NCBI RefSeq assembly: GCF_004010195.1
Contig: NC_057720.1
Span: forward strand, 31,022,150-31,086,149
Length of the DNA: 64,000 nucleotides
Direction: 5' to 3'
Source of the DNA: Chiloscyllium plagiosum
Taxonomy: Eukaryota
The notes beneath the pieces were generated by a model. It saw only the letters and a program-made list of their open reading frames with translations. It searched no databases and had not been told where the DNA came from. Positions 25,600 through 37,179 of the stretch are shown here, piece after piece. The position numbers and the translations under genes are program-made. Every line of letters starts with the position of its first letter. Positions within the stretch are counted from its first letter, which is position 1.

Positions 25600-25713
25600 T
25601 CAGTTACTCCGTTAAAAATTCTTCCTCACATTCCTCTGGATCACATGCCCAAATCTTAAACCTGTGTCCCTTAGTTCTTGCAACATCAATTAATGAGAAC
25701 AATTTTATTCTGT
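25600..25713 (-). repeat. 114 bp inverted copy of 25158-25271
   Basis: Reverse complement carrying the variants specific to the second duplicate copy. Confidence 0.93.
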
Positions 25714-25724
25714 AATATCTTGGC

Positions 25725-26057
25725 GAAAGTGAAGACTGCAGATGCTGGAGATTAGAGTCGAGAGTGTGGTGCTGGAAAAGCACAGCAGGTCAGGCAGCAT
25801 TCGAGAAGCAGGAGAATTGACATTTCAGGCAAAAGCCTTTCATCAGGAATGAGGCTGTGAGCTGAGGGGGCTGAGAGATAAATGGGAGAGAGGTGGGGCT
25901 GTGGGGAAGGTAGTTGAAAGTGTGATAGGTAGATGAAGGTGGGGGGGGGGAGGTGATAGGTTGGAGAGAAGGGTGGGGTGGATAGGTGGGAAGGAAGATG
26001 GACAGGTAGGACAGATCATGAGAGCGGTGCCGAGTTGGAAGGTTGGAACTGGGATAA
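25725..26057 (-). mobile_element. Penelope-like 3' end (pLTR plus C-rich 3' region)
   Basis: Reverse-similar to 36570-36911. Confidence 0.85.
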
Positions 26058-27489
26058 CATCCAGGCAATCGAAGTGAAAACCTACGATTACTTTGACAAC
26101 TCACAGGGTACACTTTTAGAATGCTGACCATTGGACTGTCACTTAACCCCGGGATCTCCTTTTCAATTCATCGTTGAACTGAGGAACTTTTGTTTGCTGT
26201 CAGTATCTGTCACTACAAAAGTGCTTTCTTAAAAATGTTTGCAGATTGTACATGGAGGAACAGCTGCAATCTGTTTTCAGTGTTTATAGCCTTACAGCAT
26301 TAAACATGTGAAGAAAATTGTTCTCACTGCAGATGATCTAGGAGGCCCCTTTAAAAAATTCAGATTGCACAACCAATGATCCTTTGCTTGCCAGAAACTG
26401 CAACTGGAGAAGTATCAGCATCTTAATGTGGCATTTACAACATGGAATATACACGTTGGTGCAACAGAATGCAGTTTATGTATATTTCCAGTTTGAATTT
26501 AGACAAGAAATTCTATCAGAGTTTTCTTCAATTTGACATAAAATTAGGTTTTACCAATTCGCTGCAACTGTTTCATTTCCAACAGGTTGATAGTTAGATG
26601 AGAATAGACATAACACTGCATTTTAAGTTATAATACTCATTGAAATGTCACTTGAGAGTTTCCGATTAAGCTGGCTGTTGTGTAAGTAGATTGAAACTAT
26701 GTCATAGATCGGCTCATATTCATTGTCAGCTACAATTTTCTCCAGGTATCATCTCTCACCTCTTGCATTTGTCTTTCTTGAACAAAGAATAATACAAATT
26801 GAGTGTTCTCATGAAGCCAGCTGCTTGGATCACTCTGGGAAGACTGTGAGGTGTTTAGTATTCTATATGGTTCAGTAATTGTGGCATAATTAACTTGTAT
26901 TTGAAGTATTTTACTTTGCCATTCCTCACATTCAGATTGAAGAGGCTCGAGACAAAACACAAGCCATTGTCAGTTTGCATCTTTACAACAAAATGTTTAT
27001 CACGTCATTTCAGGCTGAGCTTCAACCCAGACCAAAAAATTGAAAAGGCAATTTGGCTGCATAACTTGGGGTCCAAAATGGCAATAGAGCCAGTTGTATA
27101 TTTCAGCTGAGAGATCCTCCAGAGACATTATTTAGGTAGGTCAATATTGTGAATATGGAAGCATGTTGAAGAACTATGCAAGATAGGCAGATCGTGCCAT
27201 GAGTCAGTTTGTAAGCTGATTTGAGTCTATTGGCACCAGTTTCATTCTCATCATATTTACGAATGCCCTCATTTACACTCAGAACACTCAATATGCATTT
27301 GACATCAGGAAGGAAACGTCTGGCTGTTGCTGAATTAAGTGAAATATTTGGTTGTTTGTAATAATGAAGTTGGTAACACTTACAGCGATTGGAAGAGCAC
27401 ATGGTGAAGATCCTAATTTTGATTTCAAGGGTGTTGCTCATCCCACTTACTGCCAGTTAGGTTTGCTGTTTTTTCCATCCTCCTTGAGC

Positions 27490-27790
27490 TGCAGTAGGTG
27501 AGGATGAGCAGAGATGACAGAGAGGGAAAAGTTGGGAAAGGGAGGAGGAGGATGATAAGGTCCTTTAGTGGGACACCATATTTGACCAGAGTCTTCAAGG
27601 AACAAATCTCTTCCCTAAACCTCAGCAAGGAACATTGTGCTAGCTGCATTCATTTCACTAAGGAGATACTCACAGATGCTTCAGTGCATAGTTCAGACAA
27701 ATTGAGGAAGAAAAGAAAGAGGAAGAGAAGGCTGAGAGTAAGAGGCGAGGTGCCAAAGACGAAAGAAATATTCACTTTTGTTACATCAAG
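27490..27790 (+). pseudogene. PIF/Harbinger transposase relic (N-terminus fused to acidic tail; internally deleted)
   Basis: RRRMIRSFSGTPYLTRVFKEQISSLNLSKEHCASCIHFTKEILTD resembles the N-terminus of HARBI1-like transposases. Confidence 0.5.
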
Positions 27791-28034
27791 TGGGTTATAC
27801 CAATGTCAAGTGATGCCATTTTGTGTGACAGGACACTTCAGTTACATTTCAAAGGCTTATGAATCAGGTTGTAGCTGATGTTCATAACTGTCATTTACTT
27901 AGAAGAAATTAAGATATACAGTAATACATGAAAAAGAATCTCGGACAGGTTGATGACCTGTTTAAGCCAAATACAGTTGGCTGGCCTAGTCATAAATATA
28001 TCCAAAAGTGAATTTGGAAAACCAAGAATAACTT

Positions 28035-29076
28035 AGAGAAAGCTTGCCAATTGGATACAAAATTATTTTGATGGTAGGAATCAGAGGGTTGTGGTAGAGG
28101 GTTGCTTCTCAGACTGGAGGCCTGTGACCAGTGGTGTTCTGCAAGGATAAGTGCTGGCTCTACAATTGTTTGTCATTTATACAAATGTTATGGATGAGAA
28201 TTTAGGAGGCATGGTTATATGCTTGCAGGTGACACCAAAATTAGTGGAATAGTGGACAGTGAAGAAAGTTATCAAAGATTTGTAACCTTAGAGTGTTTGA
28301 TCAACTGGGCCAATGGACTGAGGAGTGGCAGATGAAGTTTAATTTGGATAAATCTGAGGTAAGACGAGCAAGAGCAGGATTTTTACAGTTAATGGTAGGG
28401 CCCTGAATTATGTACCTGAACCCCTGGAGATACCTAGGGGTACAAGTACATAATTCCATGGATATTGCATCACAGGTAGACAGCGTAGTAAAAATAAAGG
28501 TGTTTAGCACACTTGCCTTCATTACTTCGACTATTGAGTATAGGAGTTGAGGTGTCATGGTGAGGTTGTACAGGACATTGGTGAGGTCACTTTTGTTCTA
28601 GTGGCACTGCTATAGGAAGGATATTATTAAATTGGAGAGGGTTCAGAAAAGATCTATCAGAATGTTGTCGGACTGGAGGGTTTGAGTTATAAGAAGAGGC
28701 TGGATAGGCTGGGAAATTTTTCACTGGAACATAGAAAGTTGAGGGGTGACATTATAGACGTTCATAACATCCATGAAGGGTGAATAGTAATGGCCTTTTC
28801 CCTAGGGTAGAGAGTTCAATACAAGGGACATATTTTTAAGGTGACAGAAGAAAGATTTAAAAGGGACCTGAGGGGCAGCTTTTTCACACAGAAGGTGGTC
28901 TGTATGAGGAATGAACTGTCAGAGTAAAAATACAACATTTAAGAGACATGTGAATAGGTACATGAATAGGAAAGGTTTAGAGGGATTTGGCCAAATAGTT
29001 TGGGAAACTTGGTCAGCTTGGATGAGTTGGACTGAATGATCTGTTTCTGTGCTGTATGATACCATGATTTTATGAC
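28035..29076 (+). mobile_element. CR1 LINE 3' ~1 kb
   Basis: DWRPVTSGVLQG, GDTKISGIVDSEE and CR1 3' UTR. Confidence 0.88.
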
Positions 29077-29099
29077 TGAATTACCTCTCGAAGGATACG

Positions 29100-29900
29100 G
29101 ACAAGTGCTACCAAGGACTGTGAAAGTGAAAGCTCAGATAGAATTCCCTTATCTTCAAACTAAATGAGAAATCATGAGTTTATTTTTAGTAATGTGTGGG
29201 TCTTAAGGGCATTTTGGGTGACCAGTTGTCAATGACGTGTCCTTTGGCCAGCTAGCAACTGTGTGATTGGCTCTCAGGTAGCTGAACAGTTTGTGGGTCA
29301 GAAGTCAGCAGATCTCCAAAAACGAACAACCTGTCCTTTTCCCTGCAATAAAAATCACCTTAACCCTGAAGTAAGCAAGTCTATTTCCACCTTACCTGCT
29401 GCTTTCACTCAATAAGTCAGAGATTTTCTGAGTGTGAGCCCATCGATCTGTGCCTCTGGTGGGCAAGTGAAAGTATGTGGACAAGGAAGATCAAAGGGCA
29501 ACAGGAACTGACAAGCCAAAAAGATTATCTCAGGGAACACTGTACAAGAACCATTGAACTGCCTTCTCAGCCTTTCCCCCCATCCATGACGCCTATGCTT
29601 TTTTTTAGGTCCATCTATATATGTGTATAGGGGGAGTTTTATAAATGGATTAGAGTTTTAATTAATAGTTATATGTTGATAGTTTATAATTACTTAACTA
29701 TAATGGGAATCCAATTATTTATGTTAAACAGTAATTCTGTTAAATACAGAAAGCTGATCTGTGCATCCTGTCAACCAGAGTTGTTTAAAAAAAAACAAAG
29801 TTGGGGTATTTTGTGCATTTTGATAAATTTTTTAAACTTTTCTGGTGACTCTGAGGATAACCGGGTATTGGTGTCCAGCAGATACCCCAGTGGGCTAAAA
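29100..29900 (+). mobile_element. Possible LTR-like insertion
   Basis: Non-coding block abutting the Harbinger relic, ending …gataccccagtgggctaaaa; termini not verifiable. Confidence 0.3.
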
Positions 29901-30048
29901 TGAGCTGGGGTTTCTGTGAGTGTCCACTGTCACCAATCCTGCAGTTGATGTGGGGAAACAAATACTTGTGACACTTATGAGTGGATGAGGATATAGGAAT
30001 CATGAGGGCTCCCTGGATTGCACGTGCTCACATCAAGGACTTCACCTC

Positions 30049-31053
30049 AAGATGACACCAAAATTGGAGGTGTAGTGGACAGCGAAGAAGGTTATCTCAG
30101 ATTACAGCGGGATCTTGATTAGATAGGCCAATGGGCTGAGACGTGGCAGATGGAGATTAATTAAGATAAATGTGAGGTGCCGCATTTTGGGAAAGCAAAT
30201 CTTAGCAGGTCTTATACACTTAATGGTGTTGCTGAACAAAGAGACCTTGGAGTGCAGGTTCATAGCTCCTTGAAGGTGGAGTCGCAGGTAGATAGGATAG
30301 TGAAGAAGGCATTTAGTATGCTTTCCGTTATTGGTCAGAGTATTGAGTACAGAAGTTGGGAGGTCATGTTGCACTGTACAGGATGTTGGTTAGGCCACTT
30401 TTGGAATATTGTGTGCAAGTCTGGTCTCCTTCCTATCAAAGCGATATTGTGAAACTTGAAAGGATTCAGAAAAGATTTACAAAGATGTTGCCAAGGTTGG
30501 AGGATTTGCACTATAGAGAGAGGTTGAATAGGCTGGGGCTGTTTTCCCTGGAGCTTTGGAGGCTGAGGTGTGATCTTATAGAGGTTTATAAAATCATGAG
30601 GGGCATGGATGGGATAAATAAACAAAGTTTTTTCCCTGGGGTGTGGGAGTCCAGAACTAGAGGGCATAGGTTTAGGGTGCTGAAAATGTTTTGCAGGAAC
30701 AGCGCAGCAGGTCAGGCAGCATCCAGGGAACAGGAGAATCGACGTTTCGGGCATAAGCCCTTCTTTAGGATTGCTTCCCAAGTCAGGAATAGGTTTAGGG
30801 TGAGTGAGGAAAGATATAAAAGAGACCTGAGGGGCAATGTTTTCATGCAGTGGATGGTAGGTGTATGGAATGATCTGCCAGAGAAAGTGGTGGAGGCTAG
30901 TATGATTGCAACATTTAAAAGGAATTTTGATGGGTATATGAATAGGAAGGATTTAGAGGGATATGGGCCTAATGCTGGCAGGTGAGACTAGATTGGTTTG
31001 GGATATATTAGGTCGGCATAGGGTCTGTTTCTGTTCTATACATCTCTATGACT
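30049..31053 (+). mobile_element. CR1/HER1 3' 1 kb inserted in the Harbinger relic
   Basis: DDTKIGGVVDSEEG…LYRMLVRPLLEYCVQVWSP…; tail ctctatgact. Confidence 0.92.
30680..30788 (-). mobile_element. PLE pLTR micro-insertion with 14 bp TSD
   Basis: TSD ataggtttagggtg at 30666-30679 and 30789-30802. Confidence 0.88.
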
Positions 31054-31281
31054 GTAGGACATGTTTCACAGATCAGCTATAAATTCAAAAAGTGAAAGCC
31101 CTTTGAGCTAATGAATGTCAATGATTGATCCCAGCAAGCTCTCAGTAACAAAAGTGTGCAATTGCATTACCAACTCCTCATGTGGAAAACCAGCAATAGC
31201 AGTGAATCACCCAGCTCTGCTTACCTGGCTCATGGTGTGCATTGAACGTAGCAAGTTCATTGGCACTTCTAAATAGTGCAT

Positions 31282-31378
31282 TAAGACCATAAAACATAGG
31301 AGTCAAAGTAGGCCATTCATCCCATTGAATCTGCTTTGCCATCATTGCGATCATGGTTGGCCTGATAATCTTCAACTG
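31282..31378 (-). mobile_element. CR1 3' UTR stub
   Basis: taagaccataaaacataggagtcaaagtaggccattc, same family as 2797. Confidence 0.7.
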
Positions 31379-31839
31379 CTGCTGATCTGCTCAATGAATT
31401 TGTGAGTGACCAACTGCAATATTCCACATATGTCCTGAGTGGAACTCTGGAAAGACCATCAGTGCAGGAATTCAATATTGCAATGACTTTCAATGCTATT
31501 GGCATTGGATTGCTTCCCAAGTCAAAAGGACTCATGTTCTCCTGAACAGATGGCATATGTCAGTGACATCCTCAGCCCTGTGCCGATTTGTTTTTGAATA
31601 TTGACATCTTTGATGGTTTCAGGTCCATTACTGGACATAGTATCAGTCATTACCACTTCAATGTTGGCAAGCACTGCCTTCTCTAATGAACCAAATCTGT
31701 GCAGCCATAAAAGTTCCCCGCTGGTTAGGGACTGCTACATCCGGATGTGTGCCGCATTGACCTGCAAGACAGAAGGAAATGAGTCAGTGAATAGTTGTGG
31801 CTGTAGGGGTTGAAAAATAAGCACTGTATGCACACTGTG

Positions 31840-32630
31840 GTTTGGTAAAGTTTGGCAGATGGAACATGATGTGGTAAATTGTGAGGTTATGCACTTTGGC
31901 TGTAAGAATGGAACAGCTGAATATCACTTGAATGAGGAAAGGCAGCAGAAACTGCAGCATTCCGGGATTTGGGGTTGTCATGTATGAATAACAAAAGGCT
32001 TGCATCCAGGTCTAGCAGGTAATTGGGAAGGTAAATGGACAGTTAGTTTTTTATTTCAAGGAGAATGGAGTATATAAAAAAGGGAAGTCTTGCTACGACT
32101 GCAAAAGGTACTAGTCAGCCCACAATTGGAATAGTGTGAACAATGTTAGTCCCCTTATCTAAGGAAGAACGAGGCAGCTCAGCTAGCATTCACTTAGTTA
32201 ATTCTTGGTCTGGAGGGATTTCCTTTTGCGGACAGTTGAGTAAGTTGGGTCTGTATTCATTGGTGTTAAGAAGAATCAGAAGTGACTATTGAAATATATT
32301 ACACTAGATGATCAGCTTCTCCTGGGGAAAAGTCTTTTACCAGAGGACATAATCTCAAAGTAAGGGGTCACGCATTTAAGACTGAGACAAGGAGGAATGT
32401 TTTCTATCAGAGGGGAGTGAATCTGTGGAGTTAATCGCTGCAGAGAGCTGTCAAAGTTGAGCCATTATGTATATTCAAAGCTGAAATAAACACATTTTCA
32501 ATCTGTAAGAAAATGAAGGATTATGAAAAAGAGGCAGGAAGGTGGTGGTGAGGATTGTCAGATCATCCATGATTTTATTAAATGGTAGAGAATTTGGGCT
32601 GAATTGCCTATTTCTACTTCTATGTCTTTA
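31840..32630 (+). mobile_element. Old CR1 3' fragment
   Basis: WQMEHDVVNCEVMHFG and CR1 3' UTR. Confidence 0.8.
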
Positions 32631-32684
32631 GGTATGAGGATTGCTGCAGTGCAAAATATTTGAAAAAGAGGTGAAACTATTTCC

Positions 32685-35600
32685 AGAAGAGATGGGTGAG
32701 TGGCATTGCTAATCAGGGATAGTATCACAGCTGCAGAAAGGGAGGTCGCTGAGGAGCATCTGTCGACAGAGTTAGTATGGGTGGAAGTCAGAAAGAGGAA
32801 AGGAGCAGTCACTTTATTGGGAGTTCTCTACAGATTCACCCTCCCAACCCCCTGCCCCCCAGTAGCAACAGAGGCACAGAGGAGCAGATTGGAAGCAGAT
32901 TTTGGAAAGGTGCAGAAGTAACAGGGTTGTTGTCATGGGTGACTTCAACTTTCCTAGTATTGATTGGAACCTCCTTAGTGCAAATAGTTTGGATGAAGCA
33001 GAATTTGTCAGGTGTGTCCAGGAAGAGTTCCTGACTCAATATGTAGATAGGCAGACTAGAGGGGAGGCCATATCGGATTTGGTGCTTGGCAACGAACCAT
33101 GCCAGGGTCTGATTTCTCAGTGGTAGAGCAATTCAGTGATAGTGAACACAACTCCCTGTCCTTTACCATAGTCATGGAGAGGAATAGGAGCGAACAGTAT
33201 GGAAAAGTATTTAATTGAGGGAGGAAGAATTGCAATGCTATTAGATAGGAACTGTGGAGCATAAATTGGGAATAGATATTCTCAGGGAAATGTATGACAG
33301 AAATGTGGAGGTTGTTTGGGGACCACTTGCTGCGAGTGCTGGACAGGTTTGTCCCACAGAGACAAGGAAAGGGTAGGGTGAAGGAACCTTGGATGACAAG
33401 AGATGTGGAACATTGAGTCAAGAGGAAGAAGGAAGTTTACATAAGGTTGAGGAGGCAAAGATCAGACAAGGTTCTCAAGGGTTTCAAGGTAGCCAAGAAG
33501 GAAGAGAAGAATGGATTTAGGAGAGCTGAAAGGGGGCATGACAAAGCCTTGGTGGGTAGGATTAAGGAAAACTCCAAGGCATTATACACTTACGTGAGGA
33601 ATAAGAGGATGGCCAGACTGACAGTCAGGCTGATCAGCGGTAGGGATAGTGGAGGGAAGTTGTGCCTGGAGTCGGAGGAGGTAGGTGTGGACCTCAATGA
33701 ATACTTTACTTCAGTATTCCCTACTGAGAGGAATCTTGACATTTGTAAGGACAGACTGACATGCTTGAACAGGTTAATGTTAAGAAGGAGGATGTGCTGA
33801 AAACTTTGAAAAATATAAGGATAACTAAGTCCCCTAGGCCAGACGGAATATACCCAATGTTTCTGCAGGAAGCAAGGGAAGAGATTTCTGCACCTTTGGC
33901 AATGATCTTTGTGTCCTCACTGTCCACTGAAGTAGTGCCACATGATTAGAGCATGACAAATGTTATTCCCTTGTTCAAGAAGGGGAATAGGGATAATCCT
34001 GGTTATTATAGACCAATCAGTCTTAAATTTGTGGTGAGCAAATTATTGGAGAGGATTCTGAGAGACATGATATATGATTTCTTGGAAAACCATAGCTTGA
34101 TTAGAGATAGTTAGCATAGTTTTGTGAGGGGCAGGTCATGCCTCACAAACCTTATTGAATTCTTTGAGGATGTGACAAAACACATTAGAGTCATAGAGTC
34201 ATAGAGATGTACAGCATGGAAATAGACCCTTCGGTCCAACCCGTCCATGCCGACCAGATATCCCAACCCAATCTAGTCTCACCTGCCAGCACCTGGCCCA
34301 TATCCCTCCAAACTATTTATCCTATCTATGCCCCTCATAATTTTGTAAACCTCTATGAGGTCACCCCTCAGCCTCCGATGCTCCAGGGAAAACAGCCCCA
34401 GCCTGTTCAGCCTTTCCCTATAGCTCAGATCCTCCAACCCTGGCAACATCCTTGTAAATCTTTTCTGAACCCTTTCAAGTTTCACAACATTTTTCCGATA
34501 GGAAGGAGACAAAAATTGCACGCAATATTCCAACCAACGTCCTGTACAGCAGCAACATGACCTCCCAGCTCCTGTACTCAATACTCTGACCAATAAAGGA
34601 AAACATACCAAATGCCTTCTTCACTATCCTTTGATGAAAGTAGAGCAGTGGATATGGTATGTGGATTTTAGCAAGGCGTTTGGTAAGTTTCCCCATGGTA
34701 GGCTCATTCAGAAAGTAAGGAGGCATGGGCTACAGGGAAACCTGTCTGTCTGGATACAGAATTGGCTGGCCCATAGAAGACAGAGGGTGGTAGTAGATGG
34801 AAAATATTCAGCCTGAAGTTTGGTTCCACAGGGATCAGTTCTGGGACTTCTGCTCTTTGAGATTTTTATGCATGACTTGGAAGAGGAAGTGGAAGATGGG
34901 TTTGTAAGCTTGCCGATGACACAAAGATTGGTGGATTAGTGGATAGTGTGGAGGGCTGTTGTAGATTGCAATGAGATATTGACAGATTGCAAAACTGGTC
35001 TGATAAGTGGCAGATGGTGTTCAACCTAGAAAAATGTGAAGTGATTCATTTTGGAAGGTCAATGCAGAATACAGGGTTAAATGCAGGATTCTTGGCAGTG
35101 CGGAGGAACGGAGGGATCTTGGAGTCCATATTCATAGATCCCTCAAAGTTGCCACCCAACTTGATAGAGTTATTAAGGTATGTGATGTGTTGGCTTTCAT
35201 TAGCAGGGGAATTGAGTTTAAGAGCTGCGAGATTATGCTGCAGCTCCATAAAGCTCTAGTTAGACCACACTCAGAATATTGTGTTCAGTTCTGGTTGCCT
35301 CATTATATGAAAGATGTGGAAACTTTAGAGAGGCTGTAGAGGAGATTTACCAGGATGCTGCCTGGACTAGAGGGCGTGTCTTATGAAGAAATGTTGAGGG
35401 AGCTAGAGCTTTTCTTTTGAAGCAAAGAAGGATAAGAGGTGACTTGATAGAGGTGTTCAAGATGATGAGAGGCATAGATAGAATGGATAGCCAGAGACTT
35501 TTTCCCAGGATGGAAATGGCTATCATGAGGGGGCATAATTTTAAGGTGAATGGAGGAATGTTTAGGAGACATGTGAGAGGTAGGTTCTTTATGCAGAGAG

Positions 35601-35785
35601 TGGTGGGTGCATGGATTGCACTGCCAGCGGTGGCAGTAGAGTCAGATCCATTTGGAACATTTAAGTGACTCTTGGAAAGGCACATAAAACACTGAAGGGT
35701 ATGTAGACTAGTTTGATCTTAGAGTAGGGTAAAAGGCTGGCACAACATTGAGGGCTGAAGGGCCTGTACTGTTCTATATTCTATT
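32685..35785 (+). mobile_element. CR1 LINE ORF2 (APE and RT) pseudo-copy, same family as 13325-18600
   Basis: VVVMGDFNFPSIDW, KSPRPDGIYP, VDFSKAFGKFPHGRLIQK; 3' UTR ending gttctatattctat. Confidence 0.93.
34186..34631 (-). mobile_element. CR1/HER1 3' fragment nested antisense in CR1
   Basis: (gagtcata)n tail; LEYCVQFLSPSYRKNVVKLERVQKRFTRMLPG. Confidence 0.9.
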
Positions 35786-35904
35786 TGTTGAAGTATGTGC
35801 CACAGTTGAGTAAGGTTGATGTGAGGATAGTGAAGACCTTGAGATGATCAGTGTGCGGAGCTAGTGATTCTAGTACAAGAATGTGACATTTGAGGATGAA
35901 TTTT

Positions 35905-36236
35905 AGAATTAGACCCCCTACAGTGTGGAAACAGGCCCTTCAGTCCAGCAAGTCCACACTGACCCTCCGAAGAGTAACACACCCAGACCTATTCCCCTAT
36001 ACTTGCCCCTGACTAATGCACCAAACCTATATATTCCTGGACACTATGGGCAATTTCCCATAGCCAATTCACCTAACCTGCACATCTTTGGACCATAGAT
36101 TGCATACTGGAGGCAATCTATGCAAACACGGGGAGAATGTGCAAATTCCACACAGACAGTCGCCCGAGGCTGGAATTGAACCAAGTCCCTGGCGCTGTGA
36201 GGCAGCAGTGCTAACTACTGAGCCACCGTGCTGCCC
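35905..36236 (-). mobile_element. HE1-like V-SINE
   Basis: Reverse-complement SINE. Confidence 0.9.
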
Positions 36237-36310
36237 AATCAATTGATCTTGGCCACTGATGTGACTTTATTGAACATCTCTGCAGCCTGCACGCATGACC
36301 TTAATACGAC

Positions 36311-36911
36311 ACAGGACGCCAACTCGCAGCAAGTTTCAGGGGACATCTCTGGAACACATGCACCAAACAACCCCACTGTCCTGTAGCTGACCACCTCATC
36401 TCCACCTCTCACTTTGCAAAGGACATGCAAGTCCTGGGCCCCCTCCACCACCAAATCCAAGCCACCCGACAACTCGAGGAAGAACGCCTCATCTTCCACC
36501 TTGGGATCCACCAACTACACTGCATCTACAACGACTTCATCAATTTCCTCATCTCCTGTTCCCCCACCTCATCCCAGATCCAACCCTTCAACTTGGCACC
36601 GCCCTCTTGAACTGTCATATCTGTCCATCTTCCTTTCCTCCTATCCCCACCACCCTCCCCTCTGACCTATAACTATCACCACCTACCTGCATCTACCTAT
36701 CGCCTTCCCAGACACCTTCTCTCCAACCCACCCCCACCTTTCTATGTATCTCTCAGCCCTGTCCCCCCTCAACCCCCCAACATTCGTGATGAAGAGCTTA
36801 TGCCCGAAACGTCGACTCTCCTGCTCCTCGAATGCTACCTGATTTGCTTTGTTTTTCTAGCACCTCACTTTTCGACTCTAATCTCCAGCATCTGCAGTCC
36901 TCACTTTCTCT
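36311..36911 (+). mobile_element. Penelope-like 3' end: GIY-YIG C-terminus plus pLTR
   Basis: DMQVLGPLHHQIQATRQLEEERLIFHLG; pLTR gatgaagagcttatgcccgaaacgtcgac…gcatctgcagtcctcactttctc. Confidence 0.88.
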
Positions 36912-36942
36912 CATACTGCACAGCATCAACAGTCATGACTAT

Positions 36943-37179
36943 TGAAATAATTCCACAGAAGCTGGTATGCCATTACCAAGACATCCTTTATTTACATATG
37001 GAGAGTCCTTGACACTGATCCAGTTCCGTCAGAGCCATCTCTCAGAGTGAACAGACTGTCTGACACTCCTTTTTATATCTGTCAGCCAGGGCTCCCTAAC
37101 TAGACCACAATTAACAGCCCCAACCAGAGAAGTCCTATTCTATGAGATCCACCTGGCTGAACCTGTTACAATCATTACA
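36943..37179 (-). mobile_element. Short solo LTR (~237 bp), uninterrupted allele
   Basis: Minus strand TGTAATGATTG…CCAAT-like…TATAAAAAGGAG…AATAAA…TTATTTCA; homologous to 43113-44616 and 55748-56027. Confidence 0.75.

Larger units (their letters stand above)
29900..31620 (-). pseudogene. PIF/Harbinger (HARBI1-like) DDE transposase relic in three pieces
   Basis: Colinear motifs across frameshifts: NPMPIALKVIAILN, SFQSSTQDICGI, FTAIAGFP, FISSKGFHFLNL*LIC, NPGSPHDSYIL, IGDSG. Confidence 0.8.
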
